From: Octopus bimaculoides
Lineage: Eukaryota
Assembly (NCBI RefSeq): GCF_001194135.2
Contig: NC_068981.1
Location: 123,664,130 to 123,713,824 of the forward strand
Direction of reading: 5' to 3'
DNA length: 49,695 nt
Shown: piece by piece, positions 13,182 to 24,965 of the stretch
Position numbering within the stretch: position 1 is the stretch's first letter
Layout of the letters: every line of letters begins with the position of its first letter
Program-made: the position numbers and the translations under genes
Notes under the pieces: generated by a model
Database searches by the model: none
What the model was told of the DNA's origin: nothing
Seen by the model: only the letters and a program-made list of their open reading frames with translations

Positions 13182-13553
13182 GTGTAACGAGGCACAATGA
13201 AGCCAGTGCCATTTTGAAACAGTGAGATCTCGCCTGCAACCATTGCCATACGCGAGACAAAAACGAGATCTTGGCTGCAACCATTATTTAAGGAAGAGAC
13301 ATTTTCCCTCTCATTCTTGTCACGCCGACTTCGAGCAAGACTTCGAAGCCAGGAGCTCACAGCGGACTTTTGCCCCGCTGTGACACCACATGCATTGTCT
13401 CCAGAGGTTATTGAACCTCACGTGTATGGGGGAGAAGGCTAACTATGCACAGCTGTGAAGATGGTTACTGAAAGCAAACCCCTTGTACGAAGCACCTGTG
13501 AATAAACGGTTATTGATTTTACTCCGCCCGAGAACTTCATTCTTTGTATTTCC
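13182..13553 (+). mobile_element. Possible solo LTR
   Basis: Begins TGTAAC, has an internal ~21-bp direct repeat (GAGATCTCGCCTGCAACCATT/GAGATCTTGGCTGCAACCATT), raised GC, an AATAAA near the 3' end and a possible ...CA end; no TSD seen. Confidence 0.3.
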
Positions 13554-15176
13554 AGCTCTTTAAATCAACAGAGTAATTATAATGGAAGAAGATACCCCAA
13601 AAGTATCATAAAAATCTTCCTTCCATTATACTGGTATGCTGTTTTTCTAAGGTAAATTGAGCTATGAGGAATAACAACTTGGTTTATCTCCATCTGGGTA
13701 ATATATGTAGTTGAATATAAACATGCTTGAAAGTTTGAGAGCTAGTGGAAAGATATTATATAAGGTCTTATTGTTTCAAGCTGGAGTTGTGTTATATTGT
13801 TCACAGCTCAGTCAAGCGTGGCAAATTTTGTAATGAGGTGTGTCTAGTTTAGGTGTGTCACATCGTGGTGATGGTGTGACTACAATGGAAGTTTGCTTTT
13901 TAATGTTTTGGGGTTCACAAAATGTGAGTGAAGTTGTGGAACTACATTTTGTTATTGATGTTATTTGATTACTAAGTAAAAATTTTAACCTGTGTGTTTG
14001 GGAAATATAAAGCTTGACGATTATATTGCAATAAATATTTATAGGTGAATTGATTCTATTCTATTTGAAGCTGAACTTATTTACAAGCATATTTATATTA
14101 TATTTTAATTTTTTTAAAAATAGAAATACAGTAAAAATGTTAAATTATATCAAATATGTACACTACAAAAATGCCTTTATTAGTACTCGACATAAAAACA
14201 AACATTAGTGTGAGTGTGTGTGTGTGTGCGTGTGAGCGAGTGAGGGTGTGTGTGTGTTTGTTTTGTGTGTGTGTGTAATCACGTGTGCGCATGTGCAACG
14301 TCTTTTATGACAAGGGCGTTTTTCACTGCTTTTTATCTCGCGTTTTTCCGAGACTTTTGTTTTCTTTACTCATTTTATATTCTTACACTTTTCATGCACG
14401 TTCTTTCGATTAGCATAATTTGTTTGTTTCCTCTTTACCACAAATTTACTAGTGCTGTTGTGGTTTTTACCTATATGTGTTCATGTATGTATGTATGTAT
14501 GTATGTATGTATGTATGTATGTATGTGTGAGTACTAAGAGAAAGGAGATTCAGTTGAATACCTCAGTCAACATTCCATACAAAATCCGAATAACAGTTAA
14601 TTCAAAAATGTATATAAACTAAAAACCCCGGAAATGTATCCGTTATAAGCGTAACATATCTATCGCAGTGCATAAATCGAAACGAGATGAGATAATATTT
14701 TATTCAATACTGCATGGATTTACAGAACCTTTATATAACGTTTATATTTTTTTCTATGTATGATCCGGCATGTTGATTGATGTGACAATTCCACCAGTTA
14801 TCGAAACGGTTGTAACTAATTTGAAATTTTGATACCAAATAGTCTTTTGATCATTATATACATATATATTTTTGCGTGTAAGTGTTAGCAGTGTGTATGT
14901 TTGTTCTTGGTATGACATTAAACTGCATCCGGTGGTGAGGCTCCAGTTCGAGAGTTCTGGAGTTGTAGAGAGTGTGGAGTCACCCCTTAATTATCGTTAC
15001 TCCGATGTTCATTCTGACCCGCAACAAAGTCCCATGTATGGGTTGCATAGATTTTGCTGGGGAAGAGGAGGTACCCGTTATTTTGCAGTGGCAAATGCAA
15101 CTCATCTAGGGCAAAGACATAAAACTTTTACATTATCTACATTTGACGGATATTTGTCTCCATCTTATTTGTTGTT

Positions 15177-15222
15177 AACACAACGTTTCGGCAGATATAC
15201 CCTCCAGCCTTCATCTGGTGTC
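15177..15222 (-). ncRNA. Minimal type I hammerhead ribozyme motif, degenerate (U4>A)
   Basis: GACAC-CAGATGA-A-GGCTG-GAGGGTATAT-CTGCC-GAA-ACGT-T-GTGTT. Confidence 0.6.
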
Positions 15223-15269
15223 TTGGGGAAATTTCGAACGTGGGTTCTCATTCCTAAAGTATTTTTCGA

Positions 15270-15335
<66 letters not shown>

Positions 15336-15338
<3 letters not shown>

Positions 15339-15408
15339 CACTGCCTTGAATCGAACTCGGAATATTGGGGTTAGTATCACGCGCTCTTAACCACTGCGCC
15401 ATATGCCC
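15336..15408 (-). promoter_or_regulatory. tRNA-like 73-nt module with Pol III A and B boxes (not a functional tRNA)
   Basis: GGGCATA-TGGCGCAGTGG(A box)-TTAAGAGCGC...GAGTTCGATTC(B box)...TGCCC; GGGCA/TGCCC acceptor stem and GCGC/GCGC D stem; anticodon and T stems degenerate. Confidence 0.7.
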
Positions 15409-15428
15409 GTGGGCATATGGTGCAGTGG

Positions 15429-15499
<71 letters not shown>

Positions 15500-15563
15500 C
15501 AACAACAATAACAACATCAAAAAATACCTTAGGAATGAGAATCCAGGTTCGAAATTTCCCCAA

Positions 15564-15592
15564 GACACCTGATGAAGCCGAAACGTTGTATT
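15564..15592 (+). ncRNA. Hammerhead motif with deleted stem II
   Basis: GACAC-CTGATGA-AGCC-GAA-ACGT-T-GTATT; core intact, stem II collapsed. Confidence 0.5.
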
Positions 15593-15958
15593 AACAGCAA
15601 ACAAGATGAGGACAAATATCCGTCAATTGTAAATAATGTAAATAATGTACATAATTCCTGATCTCTTAAATATAGAACTGTATAAAACTTCTAGTCAAAA
15701 CTGTACCTGTTCATCATACAATGCTTGTCACTGGAAGCTTCTAGGGTGACTGAGAGAGATACAAAACTGTTGTGCGAGGTTTGTCATTTAAATCCATCGA
15801 CGAAAGTTCTGTCGCGATGAATATCCATGCACATTCAAGGATGAAAGTAAATTAGAACAATCAGGTTGAATGTGAGACGGCTATCATTTGACAAGATGAG
15901 GCAATCCTCATCACCACCATCATCATATATTTCATGTGTATGTGTGTGTGTAAGTGTG

Positions 15959-16001
<43 letters not shown>

Positions 16002-16163
16002 CGAAAGTAGTATTAACTTTTCTTGGTCGTTTGCTCATTCTGAACCAATGGACCATTTGAGTAAACCTATCAAAAACCTACCTATAATTACTACCGGAAA
16101 TAGCTGTAAATCAAATTTATTGCAATAAAGAAAAGTATGTGATGACCATTATTGATATCTTGC

Positions 16164-16189
<26 letters not shown>

Positions 16190-16194
<5 letters not shown>

Positions 16195-17480
16195 GCTCTC
16201 GGTCCGAATGGTTTTCTATACGGCGCCGTTTTTACAATCTTGTAAATAATAATAATGGTATTTTTATATAAGCTTAAAGCTTATGGCGATCACCGTGCAA
16301 TGACTAAGGAAAATAATCTAACAAATGGGCATATAAGACCTGGAGAGAAAAAAGAAGGCTTTCCTGAAACCGAAGGATCTACTAATAGGTCCATACTATT
16401 ATGATATTGGACGGGCATATTTATAAAATACGCCATGTTTCTTTAAGCAATCTTCCAAACTCTGTTTATGTGTTATATATATTTTTAAAGAACAAGGACG
16501 CTGGACAGTAAGAAAATAAGAAAAAACGCGGAAAACCCTAAATAGATTAGTGCAAAAAATGGAAAGAGAAAAAAGAAACGAAATCAAGAACAAAGATCCT
16601 CGTCCTCTCTGAATGTAGAAAGCTCGTTAAATACAATTGGTTTAGAACAAAATAACAGAAAATATGTCAAAAGCCTGCGCGACAGCAACTCAATCTGGAG
16701 CGGGTGGGACCCTCTTTTTCGATAAAAGAAACCTGTCCATATGTCTACACATGATAAAAATTTCAGATCTCGAATTAATCAGTGTGTTGGAATTGCTGGA
16801 TCGAAGAAGAATAAGAAATCTTTCAGCTACGCTAAAGTTGCACTTCTTAGATCCATTAACATATGGCTTGGATTTCTCCACTATCTTCCACTTAATTGTA
16901 TGAGGTGAGCAAGTGCTCTTCAACTTCCATACGTGGTTATCCAACTTAGTTGCTTTACTTTTATCGATGAGCTGGTGGGGAGATAGGCGGTTTGCATAAC
17001 GTCTCATGAATTAGGCCTCACATAACCCAATGAAATTCTTATTTTCAGTTGATTTTTCTTGGAGCGTAGCTGTAACTACAGCCTCGTATATGACTGAGTT
17101 TATCATACACGTTCGGTCAAGTGGACAAGCTTCAGGTGTATGATATTTTTATTGGGCGTATGTTAAAAATTTCCTGTATTTATGATTTACTGGAAAATGT
17201 TTATCTGAACTAGACAGGAATTTATTGCCTACGTTAGACTTAGCATTAAGTGAGAAAGGGGGAGTGAACCGAATTATTTTCCTAAGTCTATTGTTTAGTT
17301 TATTTTTACGATTCATCATTTTACTTAAAGTGTTAAAGTGTTGTAATATATCCTATCTTTGAAGACGCTGTTAGTTAAGGTATTACTATAGTAGGGAGCT
17401 GATTTATTAAATATTTGATTAGAAGATTTATATATAACAGCCAAAATCGATTCCTTTTTTACGGCTTAAACCTCAATGAC
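16190..17480 (-). mobile_element. Penelope-like element 3' part (RT C-terminal region + GIY-YIG endonuclease), degenerate
   Basis: Minus frames give IFNKSAPYYSNTL..KIIRFTPPFSLNAKSNVGNKFL..KHFP; CPLDRTCMINSVIYEAVVT..NFIGLCEA*FMRRYANR..KWKIVEKSKPYVNGSKKCN..LINSRSEIFIMCRHMDRFLL (ORF 16690..17007). Confidence 0.85.
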
Positions 17481-19555
17481 TAAAAACAGAAATGCGAAAT
17501 ATATAAATGAAATATATATACCCGAGATTGTTTTTTACTCGCAAATAACCAATAGATTTTATTAATATGAGTACGAGTCATTAAAACTTCCGGTAACATG
17601 ATTTTAAAACATGGCAAAATAAGAGCAATTAAACTGAGCCGTTGAAAGCTAATTAAAACCACTAGGTTTGCTTAAATGAATGACCTGTTTTATATCCATT
17701 GTGTTTTTAAATTTAGCTACGGAAGACAAGACAATTATGGTTGTAATATAAAGGCGAGTGATTTGATTGACTGACAGTAATTGCTTTAACAGCACAGAGT
17801 AATCATTAGTTGACGGGCGTGCGGTTTGCTATCTGTGTCTATCGATATTACAAAAATTGCTGTTCTAAAATTAGCTAGCTGCACATATTTTTTAGTTTAT
17901 GTTTTTATGGTCACTTGTTGCATACAATCTATCTCACCATCCGGACCCTGTGTTAAATATATTACATGTTCCTTCCACCTCTACACTACAGCATTCCTAC
18001 TCGAAACTTCGTACATAGACTTTTTCCTGCGAAGTGAACCTGAAGTGCTCGAGAGGAACATCATCTGCATTAATTTCAACAGTCTGGAAGAGAGGACCTA
18101 ACTGTATAGAGTATTTTATTGCTGTTTGCTTGTGTCCTTTTGCTTCGTTGAAGATTTGTTTCCTTTTATTGTCAAGATATTCACAATGATCTCACCTAGC
18201 CTATCTAGCTTTAAAAATGCAATAGATATTAAAGAAGTCATTTTTTAAGCAGAGGCATCACTGCGTGATTATCTTTCAACGGGTGAATTCAGTTAATCTA
18301 TATTTCCAGTCTATTTTACTGATATTCGTATGACTATTGGTTTTCTGCAAGTAAAAATGACATTTTTATGCATATCTTTTATCTTTTTTTCAGTTTGTAG
18401 CATGTTTTTGTGAGGTGAAGTTTACAAAAGAAATTAATGATTGCTGTAATTCAATTCAAAGTCAAATGAAATTTTGTTTTCAATATGACATTTCAAAATT
18501 TGAAATGTTTGGCATTCTATTTCTGCTTTCATCCTGTCTTATCTTGTCTCTGACAACCCACGCTTCACTTGGCTGCTTATGTGTGAGTTAGGGAAACAAC
18601 TGGAGATAATAACCACCAGACTTAACATTAAATATTTTAGATAATGATGGTTGCACTGATTTTAATCTCATTTTTTATTACATTTTGTCTGTATTTGTTG
18701 TTTTACGATTACATACCAATCTAAATTACTTCAGAATGTATGAAAATCACTGTTCATGAAAAACAGGAAACGTTAGCGGCAATCGATATTTTAGCAAATT
18801 GAAAATTCAAAACTGATTACTAAATCTTATTCATACATAACTGTGTTTATAGAAGCAGTTCTATAAATGTCTGGTAGAAAAATGTCTCAGACAGATAAAT
18901 ATAAAAATGTCTCTCGTAGATAAATTGAGGTAGAAATATTAACATATACGTGCTAATAAAATTTAGAGATTTAGAATATTCTGTTATTAATTACAGTTTC
19001 ATAGTTCTTGTACACTGCGTCTTCTTTACGTCCAAATTAATCAAGAAGCAATTAAAAATTCCTAATTTGAAATTAATGTGGTAGAATGTTTAGTTTAAAC
19101 TCGAAATTTATAGGTTTTCCATTCTTTTATTCATCATGTGATATTATTTTGCAATTAATATTCTGGCTTCTTCAATTTTAATACATTTTCTTCATTTTAT
19201 CTTTGTTATATTCAGAGGAAGAAGCTATGACCCTGTCTTCGCTGGTTCTGCAACTCTATTGAAACTGATGCCGTTCATACCCCGTTCAGAACCGTGGCAA
19301 GTTGAAGACGATAGAAAGACATATAAAGAAAGAAAGCCAGTGTAACAATGTTCTGTGACGAAAACATTGGGCTCTGCGATTTGCATAAGACCTTGTGGTT
19401 GAACATACTATGGGGGTGAGAGCAAAAGAAAAGTGAGTTGAAAGCTTCAGAGCAATGGTGACACAGAAATAACCGCCTCCAATAAGCAAAAGATTTTGTG
19501 GTAGAAGAAAAGGAAGGCAACATTATATGGGTCTGAGTTTGGACTGCTATAGCTT

Positions 19556-19780
19556 TGTTAAGTTATACTTTAAAATAATCGGAGACAAAAGTGTGTCAAA
19601 TGTCGTTTGTTCCGCTTCAATCATCTACACTGTGGAAGAGGGTATGATCGGCCAGTTAGCCATTTAAACACCCAGTCTCGTTTACCACCTAACTGGAAGT
19701 CTCTTAGCAGCTCGATAGCTAGCCTGCAATGAAGGTCTCTGTCTACAGTTCGACTGTTGTGAGTTCATGGGTGCCCTACA
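19556..19780 (-). mobile_element. Putative 3' LTR of the Gypsy remnant
   Basis: On minus, purine tract AAAGGGAGC is followed by TATGTAGGG; TGTA start at 19780 directly after the integrase; ...TAACA end at 19556 is inferred. Confidence 0.45.
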
Positions 19781-21510
19781 TAGCTCCCTTTCAGAATTTT
19801 GACTGTCATTGGAACCTAGAAAGTTAATTTTTGTTACCACCCCGCTCGCGTGTGTAGTTACTTGGCCTCTTTGGCGACTGTACGTTGTAACAGATCGGTG
19901 TGTTTCCAGAGCAGCCTCTGTTTGGTGGTTGACCTATTTCAACGAGACCGTCAACATCGAGATGGGCCAGTTTCAATCTATCGATGGAAGCCATGTCTTG
20001 TCGTCCGCCAATTAGGAGTTGAAATGACTTGTCTACTGGATGAATCACTTCATATGGGCCATCATAGGGTAACTGAGGGGGTTTTTGTCGTGCATCACGA
20101 CGAGCGAACGCAAACTTCGCTATGTGGAGGTCGTTTGGTATGGATGACCATGCGTTGACATAGAAGTAGGGCATAAGTAGACTACACTGTTTCTCAGTTG
20201 CACAAGATACTTTCTGACATTTGTGTCTGACTTTGCGTTTGAAATTAACTCCCCCACTACCATAAATGGCGCCGTACACCATTTCTGTAGAAAAAGTGTT
20301 GAGCTCTTCCTTTGAGGTAGTGCAGATTCCCAGCATCACCCATGGAAGTTGGCCGATTCAGTTGGGCTCCTTAAGTCTGATTGAGGGAGATTCCTTCAAG
20401 CGGCGGTGAAATCTCCCCGCAAAAACCATTGTCCTGGGGATGGCAGGTATGTTTCATTGTGATACCAAAAAATCCACATATGTCATTCCATAGTTTCGAA
20501 GTGAACTGAGGCCCACGGTTGGATATGTTGCTGTCTGGGACACCGAAACGAGCAATTCACTTTGTGAAGAAGGCATATGTGATATCTTGTGTCTCAGTAC
20601 TGCCAACAAGTGAAGCGGTCGACCATAGTTAGTAAGTAGGAGCAACCTTGTAAAGTGAATGTTGATGTGGCTGAAACGTGATTGCTGAGGTTCATAACTG
20701 TTATGTGTTCATGGGCAGTGCTCTATACTGCACTCGTTAGGTATTTTATACGTGCTTTATTTGAAATATGACACAGAATGCTTTGCACGCGCAGAAATAG
20801 CACTGTTCTGGACGTGTGTCCCACCAAGATTGTGTAGATGGTTAGTAGTTGATGCTGGTGAATAACTTTCGTCCTGGAAATGCCAACGCTGAAGTGCAAT
20901 TTTTGTTAATATTAAGGATACGTTCATCATTCTCGTTCACAGTGATACTTGGTATTTGAAGTCATCGCAACGGTTTTAGGTGTGAATTGCTCATGTTTAT
21001 GGAAGTGAGGTGCAATGAAATTGTTGGCATTGCAGCCATGGGGATATTTGAAGGAGATGAGATTGTCATAATCCGTAAGGAGTTGTCGTGCAGCTTCTGT
21101 TCTTGTAGCGAATGCAGATTTGGCATGAAACGTATGAGTAACGCTTGTGTCCGAAGGGTTATAGAGGAAAAAATGGTAGTACCATAAACGAAGGAGCGGT
21201 CATTACTAAAGGTGTCTCAAATAAGTTGTCAATAGACAGGAAGAAGAATGTGGCGAAGAAAACAGTACACTGGCGAAGAAAACAGTTACACCATAATTGA
21301 TACACTATCGATTAGAGAGAGTTCCACTTTAGAACCGCCAGTATGGTATGATGTGATATGTGTGGAATCTATCAATACGGATAGCCATTCTAGGTGCAAA
21401 GTAAACGACTCTGTTATTTCACAACAGATGCCATTTACATTTTCATACATAAAAAATATCATAATGCATGTTCTGTAATCTCCACATCCTCCGTAATCTG
21501 CCATAATTTG
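19781..21510 (-). mobile_element. Ty3/Gypsy LTR retrotransposon pol remnant (RT fragment, integrase)
   Basis: CGDYR (RT) near 21480; SYLLTMVDRFT (integrase core); MLGICTTSKEEL..EMVYG..PYDGPYEVI..ASIDRLKLAHL (integrase C-terminal GPY/F module, ORF 19824..20339); many stops and frameshifts. Confidence 0.85.
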
Positions 21511-21755
21511 CTGTGACGTATATATCGAAGGATGTTTGCTTGCTATATCTCAGATAATTTTCAACAATACGATCCGAACGAGAACAAACGGCAACAGAAA
21601 CATGTTATCTCAAATCGCTTAAAATGTTTGGCGATCTTTGTTATTTGAAGATAATTTACGTATTAGCTAGATTCCAACTACATTGTTTTGTACGCAATGA
21701 GACTGACGAAAACATGTTAGATTCCATTTTATTCACTGAGTCTCTGTAATACATA

Positions 21756-21844
<89 letters not shown>
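21756..21844. repeat. (GT)n microsatellite
   Basis: Direct read. Confidence 0.95.
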
Positions 21845-21847
<3 letters not shown>

Positions 21848-22485
21848 CGTGCGTGTAGGTATGTATCTATGTACAATTCTCTTATTCACTATTATTCTGT
21901 TCTCCTAATTAATATCGCATAAAATATACATATCAGGCCTGAATTTACTGTTTATGAAGTATGTTATTTGGGTGGTTAAAACACTTAAATTGTGCTCTTA
22001 AATAGCGGAATTAGCGTAGTTAGTTATTCTTACAACCAGATGACCCATACCCGTAAATAGTACAGTTCATGCATTGCTCTTTCTTTCTGTGTGACATATG
22101 TGTGATCATACAAGCGTGTGTGAATATGTGGTTGTATATACATATATATAAAATAAATATAAAACCATACATTTATATACACATATATTATTTATTTAAA
22201 AGATACAATACATGTATTTAAATGGTACTGACGGTTTCATATGTTGAGAAATATCTCAAACATATGGTTATGTGAGTATGTAGGTGAGCATGTGTGTGTT
22301 TCAAGCGAGGGGGGTTTGTGTATATACATATAGGCGAATGTACGGATTGGTGCGCTTATGCGAATACTATGGACTTTTCTACTCCTTCCCCTTACTTAGC
22401 AGTCTATAGCTCTTTTGTTTTAATAACGGTCAACCACACAGTAATTTCCCTTTGTTCAACGGTCATTTTTCACAGGAATTTTCAA

Positions 22486-22559
22486 TGGCCAAATAACTGA
22501 AGAGATGGCGGCGTGGGTTCCCACGCCGACATCCGAAACTCGGAGTTTTATCATGGCTA
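22486..22559 (+). ncRNA. Type I hammerhead ribozyme motif with intact core and long stem II
   Basis: TGGCCA-A-ATAA-CTGAAGA-GATG-G-CGGCGTGGG-TT-CCCACGCCG-A-CATC-C-GAA-ACTC-G-GAGT-T-TTAT-CA-TGGCTA; stems I, II and III all pair. Confidence 0.7.
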
Positions 22560-22749
22560 CCGAATAAGTGCCACATATTTTTACAGATATATATATATAT
22601 ATATATATTACGGAGATGCACTTGCATAGCAAGTGACCTGATCTGAGATCGTGTGCTGGAACGAAAACAATTGCAGCGTGGAAGGTGTTTATAAGCCATT
22701 TAAAATAACACACAAAATCCGTTAGATTCACTTCATCATTTAAATTTAA

Positions 22750-22800
22750 TTTGTCAAAATATTTTCGTCGCTTTGAGACCGCGACCTGTCCACTGACAAA
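22750..22800 (-). ncRNA. Hammerhead-topology motif with a G3/C8 swapped core
   Basis: TTTGTCA-GTGGACA-G-GTCGC-GGTCTCAAA-GCGAC-GAA-AATATT-T-TGACAAA: 7-bp stem I, 5-bp stem II, palindromic stem III. Confidence 0.55.
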
Positions 22801-24920
22801 ATTCTGTGCTGCAGCACNNNNNNNNNNNNNNNNNNNNNNNNNNNNNNNNNNNNNNNNNNNNNNNNNNNNNNNNNNNNNNNNNNNNNNNNNNNNNNNNNNN
22901 NNNNNNNNNNNNNNNNNNNNNNNNNNNNNNNNNNNNNNNNNNNNNNNNNNNNNNNNNNNNNNNNNNNNNNNNNNNNNNNNNNNNNNNNNNNNNNNNNNNN
23001 NNNNNNNNNNNNNNNNNNNNNNNNNNNNNNNNNNNNNNNNNNNNNNNNNNNNNNNNNNNNNNNNNNNNNNNNNNNNNNNNNNNNNNNNNNNNNNNNNNNN
23101 NNNNNNNNNNNNNNNNNNNNNNNNNNNNNNNNNNNNNNNNNNNNNNNNNNNNNNNNNNNNNNNNNNNNNNNNNNNNNNNNNNNNNNNNNNNNNNNNNNNN
23201 NNNNNNNNNNNNNNNNNNNNNNNNNNNNNNNNNNNNNNNNNNNNNNNNNNNNNNNNNNNNNNNNNNNNATATATGTACTCACCCAATATCGCACAGCTGT
23301 TAATTCTAAGCAAACGCTTTTCTTCGCTTATAACTATTCTGAGTTCAATATTAGACACGCAACATGAAATTAGAATTTTTTTCTTTTGTAGATGTACAAG
23401 CGCTGACAAAATATTATAATTTTTTATGACTATTTAGCAGTAAATATCACTATAGGAAAGCACAGCTCTCTGATATATTTCTAAGACAGCTTTGTTTGTT
23501 AGACTCTCTATTGAATCCCTTCCTTCGTAACAAGTGTAGCATAGTTATCTAGAATTAAGCGATGCTATTGTTCTGAATCCACGCATCTAAATTTCGGCTT
23601 CTTTTTCTGAAAATTAACTAAACTCTTCTAGTGAATATAAATTCAGTATTAGTGAGCTAATAGGTCAATACTTTATCAACCTCATCGTTTCACCCAATTA
23701 AAATTCTACACCACTTGTATGTACTAATAATATAACGGTTATTTCAGCAAGCACGAGAAAACTTATGGCATGCTTTGGTTGTATTCTGACCTTATCAACG
23801 AAGTATAGATTTCCCTATACTAGTGGAGGAAGCGATTAGTCAGTCATTCAAGATTGCACTCTAGAAATATGATTCAGTTTACGATTTAGTAATTATTTCA
23901 TCAGTACTTTGGCATGTATAGTAAAACTTATGTTTCATTTATGAAGGCCATAATAACATCCGATCAATTAAAATTATGCTAGTCATCAACTAATATTGTT
24001 TTATCCTCACCGCATAATTTTTACCAATTAGATTTTAATACAGCTACATAAAATACGTTTATATCAAATTAAATTACATATCGATGGTCTATTATTCATT
24101 TTGTTTTATTTAACTACTGACAGTCACTAGCTAATTTTCAATTTATCTAAAGTGACGTATTTCAATCTGAAGACAATCAAATGAATAACGCCACGAGTGT
24201 AACTGAAGAGCAGACTAAACCAAACGAACAACTTTCGTCATCTCCTTAATACAAGTAATCACTAAGCTGACAGCTAATAAATATTTCAATAGCCTTTAAA
24301 ACATAACTATTATATTCCATACGTGTGATAATTAAAACAAATTGCAAACTTTTACAGAAATTTAAACATACTGAAATGAAAACTGAAATAATATAAAACG
24401 CAGAAGGAGCAAAACAGAATGTAAGATTATAATGAGACATGAAACTAACGAGCCTGGAAAGAGAAGAATCAAAACTGGGGCTATGCAAAATATGTTTATT
24501 TACTCGATTAGACAAGTGGCGGAGCAGAATTTGTGAGCGACTAATGAAAGGAAGGAGGAAAGTATCCATAAACCAGACTCGAATCCTTGCAACAGAATTA
24601 CTCCTACTGAAAGCATTTAAGCTGTTAATTATTGTTGTTAAATCTAGCGACGGATTAAGTCTACACCGAAATTAGGCCACGAGGAGAATTTAGCTCAAAA
24701 TACAAAAAATAACAATATGAGAACATATATTCCAGCATCCTAACGCTTCTCCGATTTTACTTTCCTTGACTAGAACTTTCCTTATCAACCCCAGAACGAC
24801 GATAGAGTAAAGGTTACTTTCGTCTGGATTTGAACTCGGAAATAAAAGAACTTTATAACTCAAGCCATTCTTTACATTATTTACATTTGATGGATATTTG
24901 TCCTCATCTTGTTTGCTTTT

Positions 24921-24965
24921 AACACAATGTTTCGGCTATGTACTCTCCAACCTTCATCAGGTGGC
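24921..24965 (-). ncRNA. Minimal hammerhead motif (core intact, stem III G>A lesion)
   Basis: GCCAC-CTGATGA-A-GGTTG-GAGAGTACA-TAGCC-GAA-ACAT-T-GTGTT. Confidence 0.6.

Larger units (their letters stand above)
15127..15685. mobile_element. Fold-back pair of Penelope pseudo-LTR units (tRNA-like head + (TAA)n + hammerhead), head to head
   Basis: 15127-15408 is the reverse complement of 15411-15685 (AAAAATACyTTAGGAATGAGAA...GAAATTTCCCCAAGACACC...GAAACGTTG...ACAAATATCCGTCAA); central hairpin CCACTGCGCCATATGCCC-gt-GGGCATATGGTGCAGTGG. Confidence 0.85.

Noticed and set aside
14872-15390. 172-aa plus ORF
   Set aside because: Chimera of an unclassified repeat, the antisense pseudo-LTR and (ATT)n
16265-16320. 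Possible hammerhead at the 3' end of the 16.2-17.5 kb Penelope element (minus CGGTGATCGCC...AAGCTT)
   Set aside because: Core and stems too degenerate to call
17960-18100. GC-raised patch with possible minus exon LGPLFQTVEINADDVPLEHFRF...
   Set aside because: No convincing donor; frames close quickly; opposite strand to other exon candidates
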